Part shown: piece after piece, positions 28,762 through 37,349 of the stretch | Numbering within the stretch: the stretch's first letter is position 1 | Layout of the letters: each line of letters opens with the position of its first letter | Assembly: GCA_005799025.1 (NCBI GenBank) | Contig: SYHX01000034.1 | Location: forward strand, 6,536 to 70,535 | From: Bacteroidota bacterium | Lineage (GTDB): Bacteria > Bacteroidota > Bacteroidia > UBA7662 | DNA length: 64,000 nt | Direction: 5' to 3' | The notes under the pieces: generated by a model | The model's database searches: none | What the model was told of the DNA's origin: nothing | The model's input: the letters and a program-made list of their open reading frames with translations, nothing else | Program-made: the position numbers and the translations under genes

Positions 28762-28851
28762 ATTATTTTTTCTTGTGACGGTTTTTTCTCAAACGCTTTT
28801 TGCGTTTGTGAGTAGCCATTTTATGACGTTTTCTTTTTTTACCGCAAGGCA
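28762..28851 (-). CDS. Unannotated 29-aa lysine/arginine-rich mini-protein, candidate ribosomal protein bS22-like
   Basis: Translated by hand from the minus strand as MPCGKKRKRHKMATHKRKKRLRKNRHKKK, with ATG at 28851-28849 and TAA at 28764-28762. It is below the 60-aa cutoff of the ORF track. It starts 13 nt downstream of the TPR gene stop on the same strand. Confidence 0.5.
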
Positions 28852-28864
28852 TAGGGGTATTGGT

Positions 28865-29716
28865 TTAAGGATTAATTTGATGCAGATAGTTGTCTATCTG
28901 TTGTTGAATTTCGGGGTCTTGGACCAGACCACGGTATTGTTGGAGGTAGATGACAGCACTGTCTTTGTTTCCGTTGCGGAAATAGGCCTCCCCTAACCCA
29001 AGGTAGGCTGAACCAAGTCCAGGGTACCAGTCAAGAATGTTCTTGAAGCGGGCAATTGCTTTGGGAAATTGCCCGCTCTCAATAGCCAATTTGGCAAGAT
29101 GGGAGTGCGCTTTAAGATGTTTGGGCTCTGTTCGAATGATTTCCAAAAGAACTTGAACACCTTGCATAGGAGCAGGACTGGATTGAACCAAGGCATTGGC
29201 CCAATCGGCTTTGAGATCCGAATCATTAGGTTTACTTTCGAGGGCTTTGGCCAGCATTGCCGTGGACTTGTTCCGGCAAAAAGCGGAGGTGGAGGAATCT
29301 CCTTCTTGGAGAGAATGTACCGCAGACCCGTAATAAAGACCCGCATCCCGAAAATCCTCAGACACCGGTTGAAGCTCGCTCGCAAAATCTAAGCAAAGGG
29401 CAGCACCAAGCATATCTTCTTTAGTAAGCCAGAACGAGGAAAGGCTTTTCCACACGCCTGCTGCCTGTAATGAACGATTGCCAAGGCTATCCAAGGATGC
29501 TTGAACTTGGAGGAACTTTTGACGGTCCTCTTGGCTCAAGCTCTCGATTTTGGAGGCCAGGAGAGACCGAGTATCTACAGGGGCTTCCGATTTCTGGTCT
29601 GATTGGTCGCTATCGCTTTTTCCGTTGGGTTGAAGAGCGCTGCGCTTACCCCATACCCACAATGTCGTCCCTACCAAAAGGCAGATGGTTAGTAGGAGTA
29701 AGGGTCTGAGACGCAT
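28865..29716 (-). CDS. Secreted tetratricopeptide-repeat protein
   Basis: Signal peptide MRLRPLLLLTICLLVGTTLWVWG, then TPR-like helical repeats (AYLGLGEAYFRNGNKDSAVIYLQQ). Confidence 0.6.
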   Translation of the reverse strand: MRLRPLLLLTICLLVGTTLWVWGKRSALQPNGKSDSDQSDQKSEAPVDTRSLLASKIESLSQEDRQKFLQVQASLDSLGNRSLQAAGVWKSLSSFWLTKEDMLGAALCLDFASELQPVSEDFRDAGLYYGSAVHSLQEGDSSTSAFCRNKSTAMLAKALESKPNDSDLKADWANALVQSSPAPMQGVQVLLEIIRTEPKHLKAHSHLAKLAIESGQFPKAIARFKNILDWYPGLGSAYLGLGEAYFRNGNKDSAVIYLQQYRGLVQDPEIQQQIDNYLHQINP

Positions 29717-29719
29717 TTA

Positions 29720-30013
29720 TTAGCGGCCTTTTTTGGGGCCTTTACGGACCAAATCTACAAATTGCTTGCTAGGCTTAAAGCTGGGAACGAAATGCTCAGG
29801 GATTTCAACCGTGGTTCCGCGAGAGATATTCCGAGCTAATTTTTTGGCCCTTTTCTTCACGATGAAGCTACCAAAGCCTCGCATGTAGATGCTTTGACCG
29901 CCTTTAAGGGATTTTTTGACAACTGCGATGAAGGCTTCTACGCTTTGGGCTACATCGACTCTTTCGACTCCAGTTTCGTCTGCAATTTGGCGGATCAAAT
30001 CAGCTTTGGTCAT
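29720..30013 (-). CDS. HU/IHF family nucleoid DNA-binding protein
   Basis: HU fold strings MTKADLIRQIADETG...RGFGSF...R.AR.GRNP-like arm and a basic C-terminal tail. 97 aa. Confidence 0.8.
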   Translation of the reverse strand: MTKADLIRQIADETGVERVDVAQSVEAFIAVVKKSLKGGQSIYMRGFGSFIVKKRAKKLARNISRGTTVEIPEHFVPSFKPSKQFVDLVRKGPKKGR

Positions 30014-30203
30014 GATTTAGGTTTTTAAAGTTTTATGGAATAAATTATAGTGGGATACTTAGGTGAAATGAGTTTTACTTTGAATTAAAATAAGGCATCT
30101 TTTTATCAAAAGGATGGCAAATATAGCTTACAATCATGACGTTTAGCCAATCCAAAAGGGACTTCTTCAAAAATATTTGACCTTGCAAAAGATACACAAT
30201 TCT

Positions 30204-31265
30204 ATGTGGATTAGGCGTTTGATGAAGTGGTATGATACCAATCGGCGGGTAATGCCATGGCGTGGGAGCAAGGACCCGTATGTGATTTGGCTCTCCGAGG
30301 TCCTCTTGCAACAAACGAGGGTAGAGCAAGGCACCCCTTATTTTCTTCGATTTTTGAAGGCGTACCCCACTATTGATGCACTCGCAAATGCATCCTTGGA
30401 GGACGTTTTAAGGTTATGGCAAGGATTGGGCTATTATCGAAGGGCGCATTTGATGCATCAAACGGCCATTTTGGTGGTAAAACAAGGCTTTTGGCCCAAG
30501 GAAACGGATGCTTTAACCCGTTTACCGGGAATTGGCGCATATACTTCGGCAGCGATAGCCTCCATTGCTTTCAATATTCCAATCCCTGTGGTGGATGGCA
30601 ATGTAGTACGTGTCTTGTCAAGAGCCTTTGGAGCACCATATCCGTACGATCACCCGGAAGGCATGCAATGGATACAAAAAATGGCAGCTAATTTGCTTTC
30701 GAAAAAAAGGCCTGGTGATTATAACCAGGCGCTGATGGACATGGGAGCGGTTTTGTGCAAGCCCAAGAACCCCCTCTGCAAAGATTGCTTTTGGTCAGAT
30801 CACTGTATCGCTAGGTTGGAAGATCGTATTGCTGATTTGCCGGCTAAGTTGCGTCGGACGGTGGTAGCCAAAGAGAGCATGGATTATTTCGTAATTCTTT
30901 GCAAGGGGTATGTGGCATTGGTCAAAAGACCCGATAAGGGGATATGGGCGGGGCTTTACGAGTTTTATAGAGTGAAGAGTATACAGGATGAGGTATCAGG
31001 TCTACTTTCTTTGGATTTACCGCCCAAGGACGTTAAATCGATTAAGCATGCTTTGTCGCATCGGGCTTTGATGATTAATTTGGCCATAAGAATAATCCAA
31101 AGCCGACCTGAGATTGCTCATGTGCTTTGGGTTAAGCTGGAACACCTGAATCAATTTCCTATGCCTAGGCCTTTGGAATTGTATGCGGAGGAATTAACTT
31201 TGAAATATGGGAGGACTCAACAAAGCCATGCTCATCGGCAACCTCGGCAAAGATCCCGAAGTTAA
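30204..31265 (+). CDS. mutY: A/G-specific adenine DNA glycosylase
   Basis: HhH-GPD strings (YVIWLSEVLLQQTRVEQ, GLGYYRRA), Fe-S cluster cysteines (CKPKNPLCKDCFWSDHC), and a C-terminal NUDIX-like domain. The track start 30177 is TTG; the ATG at 30204 (MWIRRLMKWYD) is preferred. Confidence 0.8.
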   Translation: MWIRRLMKWYDTNRRVMPWRGSKDPYVIWLSEVLLQQTRVEQGTPYFLRFLKAYPTIDALANASLEDVLRLWQGLGYYRRAHLMHQTAILVVKQGFWPKETDALTRLPGIGAYTSAAIASIAFNIPIPVVDGNVVRVLSRAFGAPYPYDHPEGMQWIQKMAANLLSKKRPGDYNQALMDMGAVLCKPKNPLCKDCFWSDHCIARLEDRIADLPAKLRRTVVAKESMDYFVILCKGYVALVKRPDKGIWAGLYEFYRVKSIQDEVSGLLSLDLPPKDVKSIKHALSHRALMINLAIRIIQSRPEIAHVLWVKLEHLNQFPMPRPLELYAEELTLKYGRTQQSHAHRQPRQRSRS

Positions 31266-31605
31266 AGTTTTGGATAACGGCGCCAAAATTGCGACGTTTC
31301 CTTTAGCAACCTCGGAAACTTACAAGGATCGGGAAGGGAATAAACAGACCAGAACCGAATGGCACAATATTGTTCTATGGCGTGGATTAGCGGACGTTGC
31401 TGAACTTTATTGCCGTAAGGGTGGACAGGTTTATATCGAGGGCAGGCTGTCTACCCGTAAATGGGATGATAAGGAGGGACACACCCGGTATACTACCGAA
31501 ATCATCGGAGATCAAATGGTTTTGTTGTCTAGGGCTGATGCCCAAAGTTCCACGTCGGCCTCCTCAGGCCCTCCGGCTGATTCCTCATCGGATCTTCCAT
31601 ATTGA
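31207..31605 (+). CDS. ssb: Single-stranded DNA-binding protein
   Basis: OB-fold strings NKAMLIGNLGKDPEV, TEWHNIVLWRGLAD, acidic C-terminal tail ...DLPY. It overlaps the 3' end of mutY (start 31207 or 31228). Confidence 0.85.
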   Translation: MGGLNKAMLIGNLGKDPEVKVLDNGAKIATFPLATSETYKDREGNKQTRTEWHNIVLWRGLADVAELYCRKGGQVYIEGRLSTRKWDDKEGHTRYTTEIIGDQMVLLSRADAQSSTSASSGPPADSSSDLPY

Positions 31606-31645
31606 ATAATTAGATTAGCCCAAGGCTTTTTCTATCCCATTAAGT

Positions 31646-32959
31646 ATGGACGACCCCCCGGAGAATCTTTTTTTGGCTGCTGATTTGGGCCTAAGCACTT
31701 GGCCCTTGCTCATTCTATTTTTTGTGTTATGCTCTGCTATGTTTTCGGCGAGTGAAACGGCATACTTTTCGCTAGGCCGAATTAATTTGGATCAATTAAG
31801 AAATTCAGGACTGCCTTCCGATCGAAGGGTATTGCGCCATCTTTCTAATCCCAAGCGCCTCTTGGCAAATTTGCTTATTGGAAATAATGTTGTGAATCTA
31901 ACCATTATTCTTTTGTTCTATTATTTGTTGTTCAAGGTTTTGACTTTTCCGGGGATGCCATGGTTACCAGCCATACTTCAAACCTTCGGTGTTACAGCTA
32001 TTATTGTATTTGTAGGCGAGGTCTTACCCAAAGTATATGCCTCCCGAAATCCAATGGGAGTAGCCCGTTGGTTCAGTTTGCCGTTGCACGTTTCTGAGCT
32101 TTTTTTCAAACCTGTGATATGGCTATTGATGCAAAGCTCCAGCTTTATGAATCGATGGATGGTCTCCAAACAAGCGCAGGTCTCCAAAGATGAAATTAAC
32201 CAAGCCATAGACTTGACCTTTGGACAGGAAAGCAGTCGGGGAGGCTCAGAGAAGGATTTGCTCAAAGGTATTGTTAAGTTTGGTGAACTTGAGGTAAGGC
32301 AAATCATGGTTCCGCGCCAAGATATTCAAGCGATTGATTACCAAGCCACCTTGGATGAAGTCCTTCCTCAATTACGGGAATGGGGATATTCGAGGGTCCC
32401 TGTTTACCGCGAGAGTTTGGACCAAGTGGTTGGCATTTTGTACCTTAAAGACTTGTTTTCAAGACTAAATCAAAATAAAAGTTTTCGTTGGCAGGAACTG
32501 TTGCGAAAACCTTATATTGTACCTGACACCAAGCATCTTGATGAGCTTTTTACGGAATTCAAAGCCAGAAGAATGCATATGGCCCTGGCGATTGATGAAT
32601 ACGGTGGCGTTTCGGGTTTGGTCACTTTGGAAGATGCATTGGAACAAATCGTAGGTGAAATTCAGGATGAATTTGATACAGATGAACAACGGCTATGCCG
32701 GCGGTTGGATCGAGATTCCTATTGGGTAGCCGGCAAAATGCTCTTGCAGGATTTATCAAGAGAGACAGGATGGGATTTTTCGCCTTTTCAAGAAAACTTG
32801 GAGGGAGTGGAGACTTTGGCTGGTTTGGTCTTGGAATTGGAATGCAGAATCCCCGTCCAAGGAGAGGTGCTTCGCTATCATGGATATGAATTCAAAGTCC
32901 TTCAAGCGGATAATCGTCGCATAATTGCTATGCAATTGAATTACCAAGGACCATCGTAG
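31646..32959 (+). CDS. gldE: CNNM/CorC-HlyC family membrane protein (DUF21 + 2 CBS + CorC_HlyC); GldE-like
   Basis: Four N-terminal TM helices with ASETAYFSL (DUF21), a CBS pair, and a C-terminal transporter-associated domain. It lies directly downstream of ssb, as reported for gldE in Flavobacterium johnsoniae. Confidence 0.7.
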   Translation: MDDPPENLFLAADLGLSTWPLLILFFVLCSAMFSASETAYFSLGRINLDQLRNSGLPSDRRVLRHLSNPKRLLANLLIGNNVVNLTIILLFYYLLFKVLTFPGMPWLPAILQTFGVTAIIVFVGEVLPKVYASRNPMGVARWFSLPLHVSELFFKPVIWLLMQSSSFMNRWMVSKQAQVSKDEINQAIDLTFGQESSRGGSEKDLLKGIVKFGELEVRQIMVPRQDIQAIDYQATLDEVLPQLREWGYSRVPVYRESLDQVVGILYLKDLFSRLNQNKSFRWQELLRKPYIVPDTKHLDELFTEFKARRMHMALAIDEYGGVSGLVTLEDALEQIVGEIQDEFDTDEQRLCRRLDRDSYWVAGKMLLQDLSRETGWDFSPFQENLEGVETLAGLVLELECRIPVQGEVLRYHGYEFKVLQADNRRIIAMQLNYQGPS

Positions 32960-33000
32960 GCAGGGTAATGAGTATGGATTTTATACTATTTCGCCGAATC

Positions 33001-33663
33001 ATGTCCAATCGGGTGTTCAGTTTGTTTGCTTTATTTTTAATTATAGGTGGATTGCAGATTTTTTTGGCTTGCCAGTCGGAAGGTCCTGTGGCAAGGCCCT
33101 ATGCTTATGCGCGGGCAATACTTCCAAGGGTTAGGCCTGCCCAATATGATGGGAATTGCATTCCTGTGACTTTTGAATACAATTCCGCAGCAATTCCCGT
33201 CTGTGTTAATCAAGCAGATGTTGCTCCAAACTCATTAAATTCATCTGCTAATGATGATCCCAAATGGATGAATTTGACTTATCCCGCATTGGGGGCTCAA
33301 TGGCATTTATCCTATCATCCTATCGAAGGTGTTCGGTACGAAGATGGTAGACAGGTTCAACGCAGAGATGCTTTGGCGGTTTTGATGGCTGAAACCCAGC
33401 GCATGACCTTTAAACATACCCTCAAAGCAACAGCGATTGAAGAGGAACTCATCAGCAAACCGGAACATAAGGTTTATGGAACTTTGTACATTGTTGGAGG
33501 TGATGCCGCAAGCCAGACTCAATTTTATGTTACCGACAGTGTGAATCATTATTTACGCGGTTCGCTGTACTTCGAGGTAACCCCTAACGGCGATTCCTTG
33601 GAGCCTTATAGCGCCTATTTACTGAAGGATTTGCGGGGAATATTGGCGACCCTGCGTTGGTAA
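33001..33663 (+). CDS. Putative lipoprotein, GldD-like by position
   Basis: Lipoprotein signal MSNRVFSLFALFLIIGGLQIFLAC. The track ORF starts at 32968. It is immediately downstream of the gldE-like gene. I cannot verify the GldD family from sequence alone. Confidence 0.4.
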   Translation: MSNRVFSLFALFLIIGGLQIFLACQSEGPVARPYAYARAILPRVRPAQYDGNCIPVTFEYNSAAIPVCVNQADVAPNSLNSSANDDPKWMNLTYPALGAQWHLSYHPIEGVRYEDGRQVQRRDALAVLMAETQRMTFKHTLKATAIEEELISKPEHKVYGTLYIVGGDAASQTQFYVTDSVNHYLRGSLYFEVTPNGDSLEPYSAYLLKDLRGILATLRW

Positions 33664-33698
33664 GGCTTTGGTCGATGAGGTTTTAATTCAATAACCTT

Positions 33699-35804
33699 AT
33701 GCCGGAACACCCTTTGTTTTATGATTTGGCATACCTCAAAGGTATCGGCCCACAACGCGCCGCTTGGCTTGAGTCAGAATTGGGTTTGAAGAACTTCTAT
33801 GATTTGCTTACTTCTTTTCCCTACCGTTACCTCGATCGTTCCGAGATACATCCATTGGGGACCTTGGTCGAAGGCCCCGCGTTTGTACAAACAAGAGGCA
33901 GAATTCTCAGAATCGAAAGAGTTGGAGCAGGTAAAGCAGCTCGTTTGGTAGCAACCCTTAGCGATGGCCAACATTTTATGGAATTGATTTGGTTTCAATC
34001 TATTCAATGGGCAGAAGGAAGTATTCGCCAAGGGGAAGAGTATCTTGTCTTTGGAAGAGTTGGACAGTACAAAGGGCAGGTTCAAATGGCTCATCCTGAG
34101 TTGACCTTGTGGGACGAATGGAGTAAGAATTCAGGTCCGTCCCTTAGCCCTATGTATTCTCTGACGGATAAATTGCGGCAACGAAATTTGAACAATCGTT
34201 GGTGGATGGGTGTGGTACGGCAAGCCTTGGAACAAGTACGGGGCAATGTTTCTGAAATTTTGCCAGCTCATTTGGTGGATGCAGAATCGTTGATGAACCG
34301 GTGGGATGCCTTGGAGCAAGCTCATTTTCCAAATGATCCTGCTCACTTGGCTAAGGCCTTGCATCGTTTCAAATTTGAGGAATTGTTCTTTTTGCAATTT
34401 GGGGTATTGCGTCTCAAAAGCACGAGGAAATTCCAAAATCCAGGACCTATTTTTGAGAAGGTGGGGGATATGTTCCTTCGTTTTTTTCATGAACGTTTGC
34501 CCTTTGAACTCACTGAGGCTCAGAAACGTGTCATCAAAGAAATTAGAGTTGATCTCGGAACCGGCAGGCAAATGAATCGTTTACTTCAGGGTGATGTGGG
34601 CAGCGGTAAGACCATGGTGGCGTTGATGAGCATGTTACTGGCTGCCGATAATGGCTATCAATCTTGTCTGATGGCTCCTACGGAGTTACTCTCCAGGCAA
34701 CATTACGATACCATCCAAACCATGCTAGGTGATTTGCCGGTTCGTTGCGGTTTGCTTACCGGTCAGGTCAAAGGCAAGGCTCGGAAAGAATTGTTACAAG
34801 ACTTGTTCGATGGAAATCTTCATCTTTTGGTGGGCACTCACGCATTGATTCAAGAACATGTGCATTTCGCAAAGCTGGGCTTGGCCGTTATCGATGAACA
34901 GCATCGTTTTGGTGTGGAGCAACGGGCCAAGCTATGGGCCAAGGCAGGTCTTGCTCCCCATATTTTGGTCATGACCGCTACACCCATACCTCGAACCTTG
35001 GCGATGACGCGGTACGGAGATTTGGAGGTTTCGATCATGAATCAATTGCCTGCAGGTCGTAAGCCCGTGCAGACGTTGGTGACAGCAGAGGCCAAACGTC
35101 TCAAAATGTTTAGTTTTTTGGAACAACAAATGCATGCAGGGGGCCAAGTTTATGTGGTCTATCCGGCCATCAAAGAAACCGAGCAGGCAGAGCTTAAATT
35201 TTTGTACGATGGATACGAGGCCATGTTGCGCGCCTTTCCCCCTCCGCGTTTCCGATTGGCGGTTGTCCATGGTCAAATGAAGTCTGCTGATCGAGATATT
35301 GAAATGCAGCGCTTTGTGAAAGGGGTTGCGAATTTATTAGTAGCTACAACCGTCATTGAGGTAGGAGTCAATGTTCCGAACGCTTCTGTTATGGTCATCG
35401 AAAATGCGGAACGGTTCGGACTTGCGCAATTGCATCAATTGCGCGGTCGAGTCGGCCGTGGTTCGGAGCAGTCCTATTGCATCCTCATGCATAGGGATAA
35501 GCCTTCAGAGGATGCAGTTCAGCGTTTACGAGCATTGGCATCAACCAACGATGGTTTTGTTATTGCCGAAATGGATTTGAAAATGCGGGGACCAGGTGAT
35601 TTAGCGGGCACTCAACAAAGTGGAAGTATGGAACTCAAATTTTCGGATTTGGTCGAGGATGGCTCTTTGATGCACAAGGCGAGGTCGTATGCTGAGCAGA
35701 TTTTGGCGGCTGACCCTCAGGGCAACGACGAGTTGACAGGTAAACTGGTAAATGCCTATTCAAGGTTTTATGGTCAAGGCAAAAATTGGAGCAAAATTTC
35801 GTGA
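33699..35804 (+). CDS. recG: ATP-dependent DNA helicase RecG
   Basis: Wedge and OB N-terminal domain. Helicase motif I LLQGDVGSGKT, motif II DEQHRFGV, motif VI QLHQLRGRVGRG. 701 aa. Confidence 0.9.
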   Translation: MPEHPLFYDLAYLKGIGPQRAAWLESELGLKNFYDLLTSFPYRYLDRSEIHPLGTLVEGPAFVQTRGRILRIERVGAGKAARLVATLSDGQHFMELIWFQSIQWAEGSIRQGEEYLVFGRVGQYKGQVQMAHPELTLWDEWSKNSGPSLSPMYSLTDKLRQRNLNNRWWMGVVRQALEQVRGNVSEILPAHLVDAESLMNRWDALEQAHFPNDPAHLAKALHRFKFEELFFLQFGVLRLKSTRKFQNPGPIFEKVGDMFLRFFHERLPFELTEAQKRVIKEIRVDLGTGRQMNRLLQGDVGSGKTMVALMSMLLAADNGYQSCLMAPTELLSRQHYDTIQTMLGDLPVRCGLLTGQVKGKARKELLQDLFDGNLHLLVGTHALIQEHVHFAKLGLAVIDEQHRFGVEQRAKLWAKAGLAPHILVMTATPIPRTLAMTRYGDLEVSIMNQLPAGRKPVQTLVTAEAKRLKMFSFLEQQMHAGGQVYVVYPAIKETEQAELKFLYDGYEAMLRAFPPPRFRLAVVHGQMKSADRDIEMQRFVKGVANLLVATTVIEVGVNVPNASVMVIENAERFGLAQLHQLRGRVGRGSEQSYCILMHRDKPSEDAVQRLRALASTNDGFVIAEMDLKMRGPGDLAGTQQSGSMELKFSDLVEDGSLMHKARSYAEQILAADPQGNDELTGKLVNAYSRFYGQGKNWSKIS

Positions 35805-36086
35805 TGAAGTTGTTTTGGGAGCATTTGCTCGAGCCCTTTCAATTCATCTCCAAAAGGCCCGGTATATCATGACCAAAAGACCAACGGTAAACATCAAGAT
35901 ACTTATTCGATTGATGCCATGCATCATTCTCAAGTTAAAATTACCAGTTTGGTGAGCCCCTTTGGGCTTAAAGACTTCCAAAAAGTAGTTTAGAAATTTA
36001 CCCATTGAATTTTGGATTTAGAAGGAACATAACTTCATTAACAATTTCAAGTACCAAAGGTTCTTAGTTTGGTTGATTCGCATCCC

Positions 36087-37349
36087 TTATCGAATTCCAA
36101 GCATGCGACCGCTGTCAAGCCTCAGCAAAATGGCGATCATGGCCGTAAATGACCATAGGGAGGATCCGCCATAACTGATCATGGGTAAGGGTATTCCAAT
36201 GACGGGTAAGAGGCCCAAGGTCATACCGATATTAATGGTGATGTGTATGAAAAGTATGCACCCAACGCTGTATCCAAAAACTCTACCGAAGGTTCCGGGT
36301 TGCCTCTCTGCGATTGCGAAAATGCGGTATAAAAGGAATCCAAATAGGGCAAGTAGCATCGCAGATCCCCAAAAGCCGTATTCTTCTGCGATGGTGCAAA
36401 AAATAAAATCGGTGCTTTGTTCGGGCACAAAATCAAATTTGGTTTGAGTTCCTTGCAGAAATCCTTTACCCCAAAATCCCCCGGAGCCAATAGCAATGAG
36501 GGATTGATGCACGTTATAGCCTGCACCACGAAGATCGTCCACTTTGCCTAACAAAACTAAAATACGCTGCTTTTGATGTGCAAGGAGAATATGCTCAAAG
36601 GCATAACCAACTCCCGACACCAAGGCCATCGAGGGCAGGGTCAATTTGATGCCGTTGAAAAAGGCTTTGCGGCTATCGGCGGCCAAAACAACGTACAAAA
36701 CCAATATCACAGGCAGGACAACCCACATAGTATTCATACCTAACCACAAGGTGAGTACGGATAAAAGAGCAATTATCAATCCATAAATTAAGTAATTTAC
36801 GGATAAGCCTTCTCGATAATAGACCAGCACAAAGGAGGCATAGACCAAGGCGCTACCCGTATCCTTTTGCAAGAGCAAGAGAGCGACAGGGATCACGAGC
36901 CATAAACCTGCCATGATTTGAGAACCAAAATGATCCATGCGTATAGGCCGATTGGCAAAGAAAAATGCCACCATCAAGGAAGTACTTAGTTTCATGAATT
37001 CGGCAGGTTGTAACCTGAAGGAGCCTATGTCAAACCAAGCGCGTGCTCCGTTGATTTCTCTTCCCAAGAAAGCCACTGCGAGTCCCAAGACCATGGTCAC
37101 CAAGTATACCAAAGGTCCGCACTGATGATAAATACGCGGATTCACCGACAAGAGCACCATCATGATCAGCCATGAACTAAGTATCCAGATCATTTGCTTA
37201 CCATATTCTTGATGGATATCCCAAAGATTATGATAATTAGAATTATACACTGCTGAATAAATCGCAATCCACCCGATAATTGTCAATACAACATAGGTCC
37301 ATAACAATGGCTTGTCGATGAACTGAAAAACGTTTTTTTGCTCCCTCAT
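36087..37349 (-). CDS. rodA: Peptidoglycan glycosyltransferase RodA (SEDS family)
   Basis: FtsW/RodA/SpoVE multi-TM architecture. Positioned with pbp2-mreDCB. Confidence 0.8.
   Translation of the reverse strand: MREQKNVFQFIDKPLLWTYVVLTIIGWIAIYSAVYNSNYHNLWDIHQEYGKQMIWILSSWLIMMVLLSVNPRIYHQCGPLVYLVTMVLGLAVAFLGREINGARAWFDIGSFRLQPAEFMKLSTSLMVAFFFANRPIRMDHFGSQIMAGLWLVIPVALLLLQKDTGSALVYASFVLVYYREGLSVNYLIYGLIIALLSVLTLWLGMNTMWVVLPVILVLYVVLAADSRKAFFNGIKLTLPSMALVSGVGYAFEHILLAHQKQRILVLLGKVDDLRGAGYNVHQSLIAIGSGGFWGKGFLQGTQTKFDFVPEQSTDFIFCTIAEEYGFWGSAMLLALFGFLLYRIFAIAERQPGTFGRVFGYSVGCILFIHITINIGMTLGLLPVIGIPLPMISYGGSSLWSFTAMIAILLRLDSGRMLGIR

Noticed and set aside
35805-36086. 282-bp gap between convergent recG and rodA as a possible sRNA or small gene
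   Set aside because: There is only a 5-bp-stem hairpin (AGCCC-CTTT-GGGCT) without a U-tract. The 67-aa track ORF 35752-35955 overlaps the recG 3' end and has no recognisable features. Evidence is insufficient.
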